Below are positions 54,856 to 64,000 of a stretch of 64,000 nt of DNA, one piece after another (position 1 is the stretch's first letter; each line of letters opens with the position of its first letter). The stretch lies in the IMG/VR virus record IMGVR_UViG_3300037483_000303; one strand, written 5' to 3'. The position numbers and the translations under genes were made by a program. The notes beneath the pieces were generated by a model, which saw nothing but the letters and a program-made list of their open reading frames with translations, made no database searches and was not told the origin of the DNA. The DNA is from an uncultured virus (IMG/VR IMGVR_UViG_3300037483_000303). Lineage: Duplodnaviria > Heunggongvirae > Uroviricota > Caudoviricetes.

Positions 54856-57800
54856 GCTTCTAGTGTCGTGCTGGTAAATTCATATTCTTGATTGTATGAA
54901 TCGCTCATAAATTCCACATCGTTATTATCTGCTACTGGGTCAGTACTGCCGGTAAATGTGAATGACCGCGCATGCGCACCTACTGTCCCCAAACCGCTTT
55001 CATCATAAACCACCAGGGCGCGGGTATTACTGATCAGCGCACAGGTAGCATGCTGATCATAGGACTCTTCAAAAGTGCCCACTTCGACCGGGTTGCTAGG
55101 TGTAAATGTTGTGCCTGATATGGCTAAACCTACTGCGTAAATATGGCCCAGATTTGGCGTGTCCCCCTGGTACGCCAAAACCGCTTGCGTGGCCGATGGC
55201 GCGCGAAGCCACTTATTAGCTGAGATTGCATCAAAGGCGGAATCGTCTATGACTACCTCTGTGTTAGAAGTGAACGCGCTGGCGGTGATTCCGCTAATAA
55301 CCCTGCCTTGTAATTGAGCATTACTGTTATTCTGATAAACCAAAATAGCCGTGCTACTATCCAGCTTGACGGCATCCTGCCCAAAGTTGTTATCCACCCC
55401 CTCAATAGCGGCTGGACTCCCAGGCGTAACGGTTACACCTGACATACCGATGGAGCAGCCAACTAGGGAATCGCTTACACTTTCAATAAAGAACGCAATG
55501 GCTACCGTGCTGCTGAGTACCACGCTGCTAACCTGTGCGCTGGCCGTAGCGGTTAGATTCCCGGCCGTATTGGTAGTTATCGTCGTGCCACTCATACCAC
55601 TTAGCACAACCGCGTTGACCGTACTTGACGCATTGCGATATACAAGTAATGCTGAAGTAGATGATATACGATCAAGGTCTAGTTCACCGTCACTCACACC
55701 TGCATCAGTTGAGATGCTAGATAAAGCCGCTGGCGAGCCGGGTGTTATAGTCGTGCCGCTTACGTCCAATACGCAGCCATAAATTGAAGTACTGCGGGTA
55801 TAGCAGACAACCGCCTTGGTAGTGGACAGAGATACAACCGTTGGAACTCTGCCGCCCGACGCATCGACTACCACCTCATTTCCAATTGATAGGCTGCCTG
55901 AATAGCTGATTATCCTTGCTTTAATTTGCCCGTCGCTGGCATCCACGTAGGCGATCAGGCTAGGTCCCCTGGACGATGCGGATATAGGCGCAGGCGTGGT
56001 GATTGCCGGGTAACTCGTTGGGTAGTTACCCGGTATACCATCCGGCCCTACCGCTTCCGGCTGCAAGACAACACCCGTTGTTTGAATCACGCCATTAAAC
56101 CTGTCACCTTCATAGCCAAACCGATGGGAGACAGCCCGACAAACGGTTAAAATGCCGTTCAATGGCAACTCCCTTTTTAGCGTATTATCGGCCACTGTCC
56201 AGCCATACCAGCCCTCAGCGGGTACGATGTCAAACGCGCCGAGGTAATTGCCCCGCATATCAATGCGAATCTCTTTAGGTGTGACATTTTCAAGCGCCAG
56301 CGTTCTCCCTACCCGCTCATTGCAATCAGTCTGTCCGTCTGCCACGTTGAGTACCTGCTGTTTGTCACCCGCCACACCCGTACCACGCAATTCGGGCAGG
56401 TTGTAACTTACCGTTGATTCAATGTAACCCGGTATCATACTAATATACGGAGCTCTGGTGGGATGCGAGTAGGTAAAGCCGTCCGTATCTGCAAAAGCTC
56501 TTACATCCGTGTTGTTTCTCGTAACGTTTACCCCGCCGCTTATGTCGTTAGTCGTGAGTGAGAATACGGTATCCAACGCTGCCCGCCCTGCTGTATTCAG
56601 CATTTGACTATCCGTAGACAGGTAAAGCTGCCCGATACGGTTGCAGAGCAACTTGGCGTGAATCCCGCGCTGGTAGGCAATACCTTGAATCCGCTGCAAA
56701 ACGGTATCCTCGGTAAATTCCAGGACCTTCACGCCATAGGTATTAGTTGTTAGCCCGCGCACGTCGCACACTTCGAGCAGGGTAGTATCCCATTTTAAGA
56801 CGTGGTGAATCCCCCGGCCAACCGATAGCCATGTGGCATAATCCGACCAGATAAGCGGGCTACTTGACGCCTCAAGGCTAACTGTGCCATAGTCGGTAAT
56901 GGAGTCCAGGTATTGCAGTGGCGAGATAACTTCAAATGATGCCTTGCCCGTTCCACCTTGCCAGTTATCCGAATCGTTATCCGACCACAGATAGCCGGAA
57001 TAAACGATGTTATTCCCGAACGGACTCCACATATTAACGTAACCCTCTACGTTATTAAAGTAGTTTTGATACCAGATAACGGCCAGGCTACCATCGGGGA
57101 TGTTAGCTAGTGTTAATGCGCCGGTTAAGGTCAGATTACAGCGCCATTGACCGGAGTCCCAGTCGGCGGATAGATTATCAATGGTGAATGACTGGTAAGG
57201 GAGATTATCGGAATCGTAGACGAACACCGCCCGGTGCGTGGTCTGTGATTTCCCATTGCTATCTACCGTCTGACATGCCAGCCAATATGTACCAGCCTGA
57301 GTAATTGTTAGTGTAGGATTCGCCGCTGTGGTAGAGCTAAAGCTAATACCCGTAGTCCCTCCGCCATTACGAGCACAGGACCACGTACGGCTGCTGATAG
57401 TTGCGCCATTGGCTATAGCATAAGAGGAGGAGGAATTGAGACTAAAGACGATAGAACCAGCGGAGAGGAATCCGGCGAGGTGTGAACCGATGATGGTAAC
57501 GGGATTCGGCTGTGTAGCGTAGGCACTGGTAAAAGCGCGGTCAAAATCCTTGTAAAAAACACCTGAACGGATAGCGGGCGGAATAGCTACCGGTTGAAAA
57601 AAATGCCTGATGCGGATAACCTGGTTGTCGGCAAAGGAGATACCATTTTCTCCGACCGTGATGCTTCCACTCGATTCGCTACCCGTTATGCTCTTGACGC
57701 GAACTAACTCAGTTCCTGTTGTTGTGTCCACTTCAAGCAGGAGCGATGTACCAATATCATCAGCCGCGCCAGCCGCTACAATACCGGCTACAACGCCATA

Positions 57801-57971
57801 GCCAGCAGCGGAGCCGGAGCCGGTATCATATACCACCGTTCGCATGCCACGACTCGCACTTATGTTATTTACTTGGGCCAAAAGCAAATTCTCCGGGACA
57901 AGCACGCTAAAATAGAGATTGGCATGGTGTTGAACATTGGGCCGGAGGTTCGTGGGAGTTATCGTTGCCAA
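54852..57971 (-). CDS. Large tail/baseplate protein with C-terminal propeller-like repeats
   Basis: 1039 aa; repeated (L/I)SSTxAxxxY...SGTTIT units. Confidence 0.65.
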   Translation of the reverse strand: MATITPTNLRPNVQHHANLYFSVLVPENLLLAQVNNISASRGMRTVVYDTGSGSAAGYGVVAGIVAAGAADDIGTSLLLEVDTTTGTELVRVKSITGSESSGSITVGENGISFADNQVIRIRHFFQPVAIPPAIRSGVFYKDFDRAFTSAYATQPNPVTIIGSHLAGFLSAGSIVFSLNSSSSYAIANGATISSRTWSCARNGGGTTGISFSSTTAANPTLTITQAGTYWLACQTVDSNGKSQTTHRAVFVYDSDNLPYQSFTIDNLSADWDSGQWRCNLTLTGALTLANIPDGSLAVIWYQNYFNNVEGYVNMWSPFGNNIVYSGYLWSDNDSDNWQGGTGKASFEVISPLQYLDSITDYGTVSLEASSSPLIWSDYATWLSVGRGIHHVLKWDTTLLEVCDVRGLTTNTYGVKVLEFTEDTVLQRIQGIAYQRGIHAKLLCNRIGQLYLSTDSQMLNTAGRAALDTVFSLTTNDISGGVNVTRNNTDVRAFADTDGFTYSHPTRAPYISMIPGYIESTVSYNLPELRGTGVAGDKQQVLNVADGQTDCNERVGRTLALENVTPKEIRIDMRGNYLGAFDIVPAEGWYGWTVADNTLKRELPLNGILTVCRAVSHRFGYEGDRFNGVIQTTGVVLQPEAVGPDGIPGNYPTSYPAITTPAPISASSRGPSLIAYVDASDGQIKARIISYSGSLSIGNEVVVDASGGRVPTVVSLSTTKAVVCYTRSTSIYGCVLDVSGTTITPGSPAALSSISTDAGVSDGELDLDRISSTSALLVYRNASSTVNAVVLSGMSGTTITTNTAGNLTATASAQVSSVVLSSTVAIAFFIESVSDSLVGCSIGMSGVTVTPGSPAAIEGVDNNFGQDAVKLDSSTAILVYQNNSNAQLQGRVISGITASAFTSNTEVVIDDSAFDAISANKWLRAPSATQAVLAYQGDTPNLGHIYAVGLAISGTTFTPSNPVEVGTFEESYDQHATCALISNTRALVVYDESGLGTVGAHARSFTFTGSTDPVADNNDVEFMSDSYNQEYEFTSTTLEA

Positions 57972-58589
57972 CTAATTACCCCGCATTTCGACTATCTTCC
58001 TGAATGTGCTATGGGTATACATCGGGACAGGATCAGTAAAGGGATTGCTTATTAGTGGGAACCCAAGTAACTGAGGTTGTTTGTAAAAAAACTCAACCGT
58101 TAAAAACCCATCAGGGCGGATGATAAGATTGGCCGCCTGCTGAGCACAACTATGCTTAATCTGTTCTTGCAGGGCCACACTAGCCAACTCGGTATAATTT
58201 AGGTTGGTAGTCTGCGGGCTGGTTAGTGGCATCTTCCAGGTATAGGTTGGCACGCCCAAAGGAGTAGTAACGGTAAATGTACCCGTGCAGGTTGCCTCTA
58301 CCTCAATGTAGCTGATAATCATTGTGTCCTTACCGGCGAAGTCTACAGGTAACTGATCCGCTAGTGTCTTGTAAGTATGGCTCAGTACCTTCTCATAACC
58401 CACCTGCTCGGCCCGGAAGTCCAGGTAATTCTGCCTCACGGCAAAGCGAGCCGCTTCACGATTGGCACCAGCAAGAACCAGATAGCCTCGTAATGCCCAT
58501 CCAACCTCGAATACACCAATAAGCAAAAAAATCAGGATAGGTGTAATAATTGCCATTTCGACAAGTGCCTGCCCGCGCTGAGTTATCAT
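57972..58589 (-). CDS. TadE/TadG-like pseudopilin
   Basis: QRG^QALVE prepilin motif, hydrophobic helix, ANREAARFA. Confidence 0.85.
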   Translation of the reverse strand: MITQRGQALVEMAIITPILIFLLIGVFEVGWALRGYLVLAGANREAARFAVRQNYLDFRAEQVGYEKVLSHTYKTLADQLPVDFAGKDTMIISYIEVEATCTGTFTVTTPLGVPTYTWKMPLTSPQTTNLNYTELASVALQEQIKHSCAQQAANLIIRPDGFLTVEFFYKQPQLLGFPLISNPFTDPVPMYTHSTFRKIVEMRGN

Positions 58590-58631
58590 AGATTACAAAA
58601 CTGTGTTATAATCATCTCAAAGGAGATAGTC

Positions 58632-59039
58632 ATGCAACAAATAAGTCTTGACGACAAGCACGATTTAGCCATAGACGGTAACGAAGTCTGGATCATTGAT
58701 TATTCCGGTGACCTTCATAACCCTACACACGGACCCAGTCAATGCTTTAACTTTGGTAAATTCTCAAACGTTATCAAACTTGAGGCTATTGGTCCAACTC
58801 AGGTTGTGATAAAATTTATGACAAATGACAATCAAATTAGAACTATCCATGCCTATATTAACGATGACTTTATAGCCTTTGCAGACCTTGATGCTCCTCT
58901 TGGTCGCCATATAGATGGTACACCCGCTACTAAAGATGACCTTCTTCGTATCGAACAGGAGTATATAAATAAATTAGAAGACCTAAAACTATCCAAACGT
59001 CGCAAGATAGAAGCCCTCATGTCGCCGGATCAGCCGTAA
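58632..59039 (+). CDS. Moron-like hypothetical protein, opposite to the tail operon
   Basis: Own TGtTATAAT (58604-58612) and AAGGAG RBS. Confidence 0.65.
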   Translation: MQQISLDDKHDLAIDGNEVWIIDYSGDLHNPTHGPSQCFNFGKFSNVIKLEAIGPTQVVIKFMTNDNQIRTIHAYINDDFIAFADLDAPLGRHIDGTPATKDDLLRIEQEYINKLEDLKLSKRRKIEALMSPDQP

Positions 59040-59448
59040 CCGTCACATTGTTAATTTTCAATGTAACATTTTGAAAAACAACACCCCGCGCATCACTAAC
59101 AGGCTGAAATTCAAGCGGTAATGGTATGCCTGAAATATTTATAAACGAGTTGATAAACCCAGTTCCATCCGCTTTATCAATCGTGCCATAGATAGTACCC
59201 GCCGTGATTGCAGCTTCGACAATCCCGGTAAGCGTCTTGAGTTGGGGCGCTGTTAGTTCATTCCATAATAAACTCACATTGATATATCCCTGCCGAGCCT
59301 GCCCGCCCTGACTTTGCGACACCAGTTCAGTATAGGTTCTGTAATCGCCCAGGTTCACCGGTGGTAGCCCAAGCGCAAATAGGTTTTGACGGGTTAGCGT
59401 ACTGGTGGCAGATAAGCGCCAAAAGAGAATCCATTTTCCATTATCCAC
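59017..59448 (-). CDS. Putative distal tail protein
   Basis: Immediately downstream of the tape measure gene. Confidence 0.5.
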   Translation of the reverse strand: MDNGKWILFWRLSATSTLTRQNLFALGLPPVNLGDYRTYTELVSQSQGGQARQGYINVSLLWNELTAPQLKTLTGIVEAAITAGTIYGTIDKADGTGFINSFINISGIPLPLEFQPVSDARGVVFQNVTLKINNVTVTADPAT

Positions 59449-62225
59449 TAGCTTACTCCATCTATAGCGGTCAGGATGACATTTCTCAACTTGGCTACAA
59501 AAATAGGATCATTGAATAAACTGGCATCACCTACCGGGAAATTAACAGCAGGTGCGTTGGTACGGCTGATATTATTGACTACACTTTTAGGCGTCATAGA
59601 TGGCATCAATAAGGCATTATTGGGGATAATCCGTCCGTTAGCGTTAGGCGTAAATAATTCTGGCCCCCGCTCGCCCACAGGGTATGATTGCCCGGCATTG
59701 ACTAGCCCACCAAAAGCCCGGCCAATTGTGCCTGGGTTACTTCCGAAGCCTGCCGATGCCCCTCCTGTGTAGGATGGGGCTGGCCCTTCATGCCCGGTGA
59801 TTGTGCCAGGGTTAGGCCCAAAACCTGCTGGCCTGCCTGCTGTTTGTGATGGTCCCGAAGATTCTCCGGCTATTGCTGCCTCCTGATCCGCTATCTCCTG
59901 AAGTAGTGCTAATTTCTGCGCTCCAAACTCCTCGATCAAAGCCAGTTCAGCCGCTAATGATTCCTCCAAATCGGCCAGCTTCCGGTCATAGGCAAGTTTC
60001 GCATCTTCAATATCCCGTTCACGTGCCCGCGCCGCCTCCTCGTTCTTGCGCGTCTCCCCAATCGCCAAATCTTCAAGCTGCTGAGCATAGGCTATATTTT
60101 GCGCTTCAATTTGGCGCTCAAGGTTAAGGCGTAAATCTTCCAGCTTCCGTTCATTGGCGATATGCGCTTCTTCAATCTCGCGCTGTTGCTGGATTCTGAG
60201 TTCTTCTTTTTTGCGTTCGCCCTGAACCTGCAACTCATCAATTTCGCGCTGCCGGTCGGTCTGAGCCTTGCTAACCTGCTGCTGTTGCTGGCGGATGATA
60301 CGAAGGAAGGCAACGGCATCCCGTGTTCGTTCGGCCTCGTCAAGGTCAAAGGCGCTCTCTTTTTGAATATCCTCCAGCTTCTCTCTAAAGCTGGTTTCAA
60401 TATCAAGCCGACTTTGGCGCTGCTCTCGCTCTAGGTCAATGCGCTCCTCGGCAAACTTACGGGCTATATCCTCCTCTTTACGCTCCAGGTCGGTAGCCGC
60501 GTCTGCGATGTCCTGCTGGTTTTTGCGCCGGATGTCGGCCAGTTTTTGCAGGTTGTTACGAGCCGCATCCTCGCGCTTCTGGGCGAACTCGATTTGTATA
60601 TCAAGCCGCTTGCGCTCAGCGGCTATGTCAATATCTTCGAGTTTGCGGTCATTATCTTTTTCAAGGTCTGCCATTGCCTCGTTAATTTTGATCTGAGCTT
60701 CTTCTGCATCTCCCGTCAATGTAGCAAGGTCAGCCTCGGCCTTGTTAAGTGCTATTTGAGCATTGGTTAGACCTATTGCTGCTCCTGTGCCTTCCTTTTG
60801 TGCCTTGGCCAGATCGTCGGTTTTCTTACGATTCTCCTCTTTTACCTTATTGGAGTCCTCAATAGCTTTCTTGCCATCAGACAAAACCTTATCATAAGCC
60901 TCCTGACCAGCGGCCAGGGATGCCGTAGCTAATGCCGCGTCCTCCGCATCACCTGAATATTGAGCTAGTGCATTTTTAGCCTGAATTGCGCCGGGAATCC
61001 CGATGAGTTGCTTCATCCCCTCAGCGGCGAGCGTTCCCTTACCATATAGCCGATCCATCTCATCGGACCATACCTGAAATTCCGCTGCGGCTTTTGATGC
61101 CCCGGCCTGAGACTGTAAGTTTAGATCGATGACTTTATTTAGAGCTTTGTCTAATCCATCAGCAAAGGATTCCACTCCATCAATGAAACTCTGAGGGAAA
61201 TTAGCGCCGGTCATTGTCTCAATCAACAACCTGGCATCTTCAGAGATGTCAAAAAACTTCTCTGCTATCTGGGTTACCTGCTCGGTATCCAGGTTAGCTA
61301 AAAAGTCATTCAACCCCGTACCAAGAATCTCGGCCACGTTAGCCGCCACCCGGCCAAAGGTATCGGCTATCAGAGTATAGTCGTCAAAATTCTCGGCGAC
61401 GGTCTTATTCAGATCATCAAATTGGCTCTTCAGTTCGTCAAGAAGGGGAATAGCGAAGGCGGTCTGTAATTGCTTGCCGCTTTCAGCCGCACGGCCAAAT
61501 GAGAATTGAAACGTATCGGTTAGATTCTCGACATTGCGTCCGAGCCGTTTCATGATACCTTCAAAGACATCAAGAAACTCGACAACCCCGCCTTCATCCA
61601 GGGCGCGGGCCAGCTCCTTACCCAGTTGTTTGGGTATCTCAAATCGTCTGACAAGAGACTGAACGTTACCCGATAGCGCCTCCTGTAGCGCGATTCTTGC
61701 GCCTAGCTGCCCCTGTTCTGGTTGCGAAATAGCCAGCGCCGCGCTAATGCGGTTGACTCTATCTAGCTCCTCCAAACTGGCGACAAATGGTAAAAATGCC
61801 CGGCTAGTCTCGGTCAGGTCAATGCCGAGTTTGCGCGATTCCTCTCTAATATGTTGCAGGGCTGCGACGGCTGCCGGTTCATTGCCTTGCAAGATGCCGG
61901 TAAAAATAGCCTCGGTAGTTTCAAGTTCACTGGCAAGGCCAATGCTCTCTTTAATACCTTGACTGAGTGCGGCGACCATCCGCTGGCCCAACTCGATAAA
62001 CTTGGTGGTCAGGGATGATACAATCCCGGCAACCGCGCCGATTTGGATGCCGGATGCGGAGGCGCTTTTGCTAATTTGGTCAAAACCAGCAGAGGCACTT
62101 TTGTTGATTTGATTAAAGTCTTTTGTGCCCTCTTTGGCAACCTTCTCTATTTTCTTGCCTATTAAATCCAGATTGATTAGTGCGCCTTTGGCATCAACAG
62201 TAGCGCTATAGATTATATCAGTCAT
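59448..62225 (-). CDS. Tail tape measure protein
   Basis: 925 aa, long coiled coil; RAFGGLV...YPVGERGPELFTP. Confidence 0.85.
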   Translation of the reverse strand: MTDIIYSATVDAKGALINLDLIGKKIEKVAKEGTKDFNQINKSASAGFDQISKSASASGIQIGAVAGIVSSLTTKFIELGQRMVAALSQGIKESIGLASELETTEAIFTGILQGNEPAAVAALQHIREESRKLGIDLTETSRAFLPFVASLEELDRVNRISAALAISQPEQGQLGARIALQEALSGNVQSLVRRFEIPKQLGKELARALDEGGVVEFLDVFEGIMKRLGRNVENLTDTFQFSFGRAAESGKQLQTAFAIPLLDELKSQFDDLNKTVAENFDDYTLIADTFGRVAANVAEILGTGLNDFLANLDTEQVTQIAEKFFDISEDARLLIETMTGANFPQSFIDGVESFADGLDKALNKVIDLNLQSQAGASKAAAEFQVWSDEMDRLYGKGTLAAEGMKQLIGIPGAIQAKNALAQYSGDAEDAALATASLAAGQEAYDKVLSDGKKAIEDSNKVKEENRKKTDDLAKAQKEGTGAAIGLTNAQIALNKAEADLATLTGDAEEAQIKINEAMADLEKDNDRKLEDIDIAAERKRLDIQIEFAQKREDAARNNLQKLADIRRKNQQDIADAATDLERKEEDIARKFAEERIDLEREQRQSRLDIETSFREKLEDIQKESAFDLDEAERTRDAVAFLRIIRQQQQQVSKAQTDRQREIDELQVQGERKKEELRIQQQREIEEAHIANERKLEDLRLNLERQIEAQNIAYAQQLEDLAIGETRKNEEAARARERDIEDAKLAYDRKLADLEESLAAELALIEEFGAQKLALLQEIADQEAAIAGESSGPSQTAGRPAGFGPNPGTITGHEGPAPSYTGGASAGFGSNPGTIGRAFGGLVNAGQSYPVGERGPELFTPNANGRIIPNNALLMPSMTPKSVVNNISRTNAPAVNFPVGDASLFNDPIFVAKLRNVILTAIDGVS

Positions 62226-62547
62226 TGAGCAGTTTCAGTTCCTTACTTGCCTTCTTAACATTAACTTCTAGCCGCTTAACCTGTTTCAATATCTCAACTG
62301 CCTTCTCTGGATTCTCGTGTGCCTTACCCACAAGCCTTCTGGTTTCAATTGTGCCTGCCTGGATAATACTATTGTAAAATCCCGCCTGTATAAACTTCGT
62401 GAATAGTTCGCGCTGTTTAATGTTGTAATACCAAATCAACCCGCGTTGTTTTGTTGTGACGTGCGTCAAACCCAATACCGAATCACGTCGCTGCTGATGC
62501 AGGGCAAGGCAAGCTATGAAATTCAAGTTATCTCCGTTTTCTAGCAC
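62218..62547 (-). CDS. Hypothetical protein
   Basis: Coupled ORF. Confidence 0.5.
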   Translation of the reverse strand: MLENGDNLNFIACLALHQQRRDSVLGLTHVTTKQRGLIWYYNIKQRELFTKFIQAGFYNSIIQAGTIETRRLVGKAHENPEKAVEILKQVKRLEVNVKKASKELKLLND

Positions 62548-63070
62548 CTAGCCGGACTCCTCGATCAATTGCCTGCTCAAATTGTCGCCTCAATCGTTTG
62601 TTAATTACCTGGCTAAACTTACGAGGCGCAAAACCAGGATGTTGTACCTGTCTAGCAAAAACCTGTGGCCCTGTAGCCCGGCCAGGTCCACCGCTGCGAC
62701 CTATAGGCCGGGTATGCGGCTGGTAATTGGTTTGAAAAGCTAATCTTCCGCCTTGCTGCTTGGGGACTATGACGTGTGGTCTTACGCCAGTTTTATCTAA
62801 AGCGGTCCAAAGTTGACTAACCGTAAAACCCTCGCTTACTTCACTGCTGGCATTTGTTACCAGAATACTTAAGGTGACTTGCTTCTGACTAACCTTGATT
62901 TCATAGCCAAATTCAATGTTAGTTTCAAAGTCGCTAACAACCTTTTCGCGTTCGTCTACGTGGTGACGGCCAACGGGTATAAGCTGTTTGGCGATTTCAC
63001 GCTGAATATCAGCAAGGATTATTTGAGGTCTGGGTAATCTCTTAATTAGCTTAATGCCGCTACTTGCCAC
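62528..63070 (-). CDS. HK97 gp10-like tail completion protein
   Basis: TGVRPHVIVPK...LAF...VFARQVQHPG. Confidence 0.65.
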   Translation of the reverse strand: MASSGIKLIKRLPRPQIILADIQREIAKQLIPVGRHHVDEREKVVSDFETNIEFGYEIKVSQKQVTLSILVTNASSEVSEGFTVSQLWTALDKTGVRPHVIVPKQQGGRLAFQTNYQPHTRPIGRSGGPGRATGPQVFARQVQHPGFAPRKFSQVINKRLRRQFEQAIDRGVRLGARKRR

Positions 63071-63771
63071 TTTTAGCCTTTATGCGCTTTATCTCTTCTT
63101 CCGTCTCCAATGCCTGTAACCACCCCGGCAACTTGTAAGCGCACACCTTTCTATATCGCTCCGCCACACTCAGCCGAATCCAACCCGCTTCAGTCCAGCC
63201 GAGTGAGTTAATCGTCTCCAACTCCCATTGTCGAATCCCCCAGGATTGAGCCTTCCCCTTCGCCGATAGCATCAGCGCGTCCAACACTTCCATACTCCCA
63301 AATGAGGCCCGGAAATGTATACTTGAGCGTATTCGCTACCCCCTCCATAGTCAACTGCGGTACAGTGGCCGCTATGTAAATCAGGTCCCAGTCCTCCGGC
63401 TCGACAATGCGATTTCTGTCATCTGGACTTAGGCAATTGTTAGTTATGTAAGTTGCAACGTCACTTGCGTAACCCTCGTATGATTCAATCCTTAACTTTT
63501 CGTGGGCCAGGGCTGCCGTGTAGGTGTCAAACTCCTGAAGCTGGAACCACTCCGCCGACCCTTGCTCAATCTCATTAGCTGGCTTATCAGGAGCGGTTGG
63601 TGTGTAGGTTAAGGCGCGAATGTCGTAAGAATCTTCGACGATTTGACCCGTCGCTAAGAGGAGGGAGTACCGATAAACTCCTAGCACTTCCCTCCCCACG
63701 TTATCAAGTTCAAATAATCCAAGTCGCCTGACTTTACAGGCTTGTCCGTCCGATAGTATTACAGTAGGCAT
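63060..63771 (-). CDS. Tail assembly chaperone pair joined by a putative programmed frameshift
   Basis: Overlapping ORFs 63208..63771 and 63060..63293; TTT-CCG site at 63310-63315. Confidence 0.55.
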
Positions 63772-63779
63772 CTACGCCT

Positions 63780-64000
63780 CTAGCTAGTCTTGGTAGCAAG
63801 CTGATGCAACACGCCGCCATCCCCGCCTAAAAATGCCAGGTTGTCGTCGATTCCAGACCAGTAGGCCGTATTGTAGCCCGTGTTGGTAAGCGCGGTTACC
63901 TGTACCCAACTATTTCCACCATCAGCACTCTCCCACACTGCGCCAACCCCGCCAGTCGTATCATCTACCACAACTCGCAATAGTTGGCTATCGCCACCCT
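63780..64000 (-). CDS. 3' end of a tail-region protein with a BNR/Asp-box repeat
   Basis: ESADGGNSW; truncated by the window edge. Confidence 0.5.
   Translation of the reverse strand, partial: GGDSQLLRVVVDDTTGGVGAVWESADGGNSWVQVTALTNTGYNTAYWSGIDDNLAFLGGDGGVLHQLATKTS

Noticed and set aside
52125..57971. Diversity-generating retroelement acting on tail fibres
   Set aside because: No reverse transcriptase and no TR/VR repeat pair seen in the window
6607..62000. Many antisense or shadow ORFs over structural genes (e.g. 6607..7212, 16719..17660, 31875..32534, 55351..55782)
   Set aside because: They overlap well-supported genes and lack an RBS and recognisable motifs

Overview
A 64-kb segment of a tailed dsDNA (siphovirus-like) bacteriophage genome. 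Left, minus strand: ParB-MTase, terminase small and large subunits, portal, head morphogenesis protein, prohead protease and major capsid protein, followed by an accessory cassette and sugar-modification genes. Middle, mostly plus strand: early, regulatory, recombination and replication genes (Prim-Pol, ERCC4 nuclease, RecT-like annealase, VapE helicase with a putative origin, several HNH and LAGLIDADG endonucleases, DNA methyltransferases). Right, minus strand: tail module (chaperones, tape measure, tail and fibre proteins). I saw no integrase, endolysin, tRNA or canonical CRISPR array. The strongest finding is a self-contained cassette at 4715-6460: a promoter, a Cas7/RAMP-like gene, a partner gene, a 300-nt non-coding array of (GGY-NN) pentamers cut into units by GGCAGGC, a terminator, and an RHH regulator gene with a matching operator. 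It looks like a phage RNA-guided system whose guide information sits in the variable dinucleotides (VIPR-like). Other notable items: a methyltransferase split by a LAGLIDADG gene at Cys pairs, a dual-frame nested insertion, a type II hammerhead ribozyme, several structured RNA leaders, plasmid-like antisense control upstream of the helicase, and a TadE pseudopilin gene inside the tail module. All product calls come from motif recognition by eye; no database searches were run.
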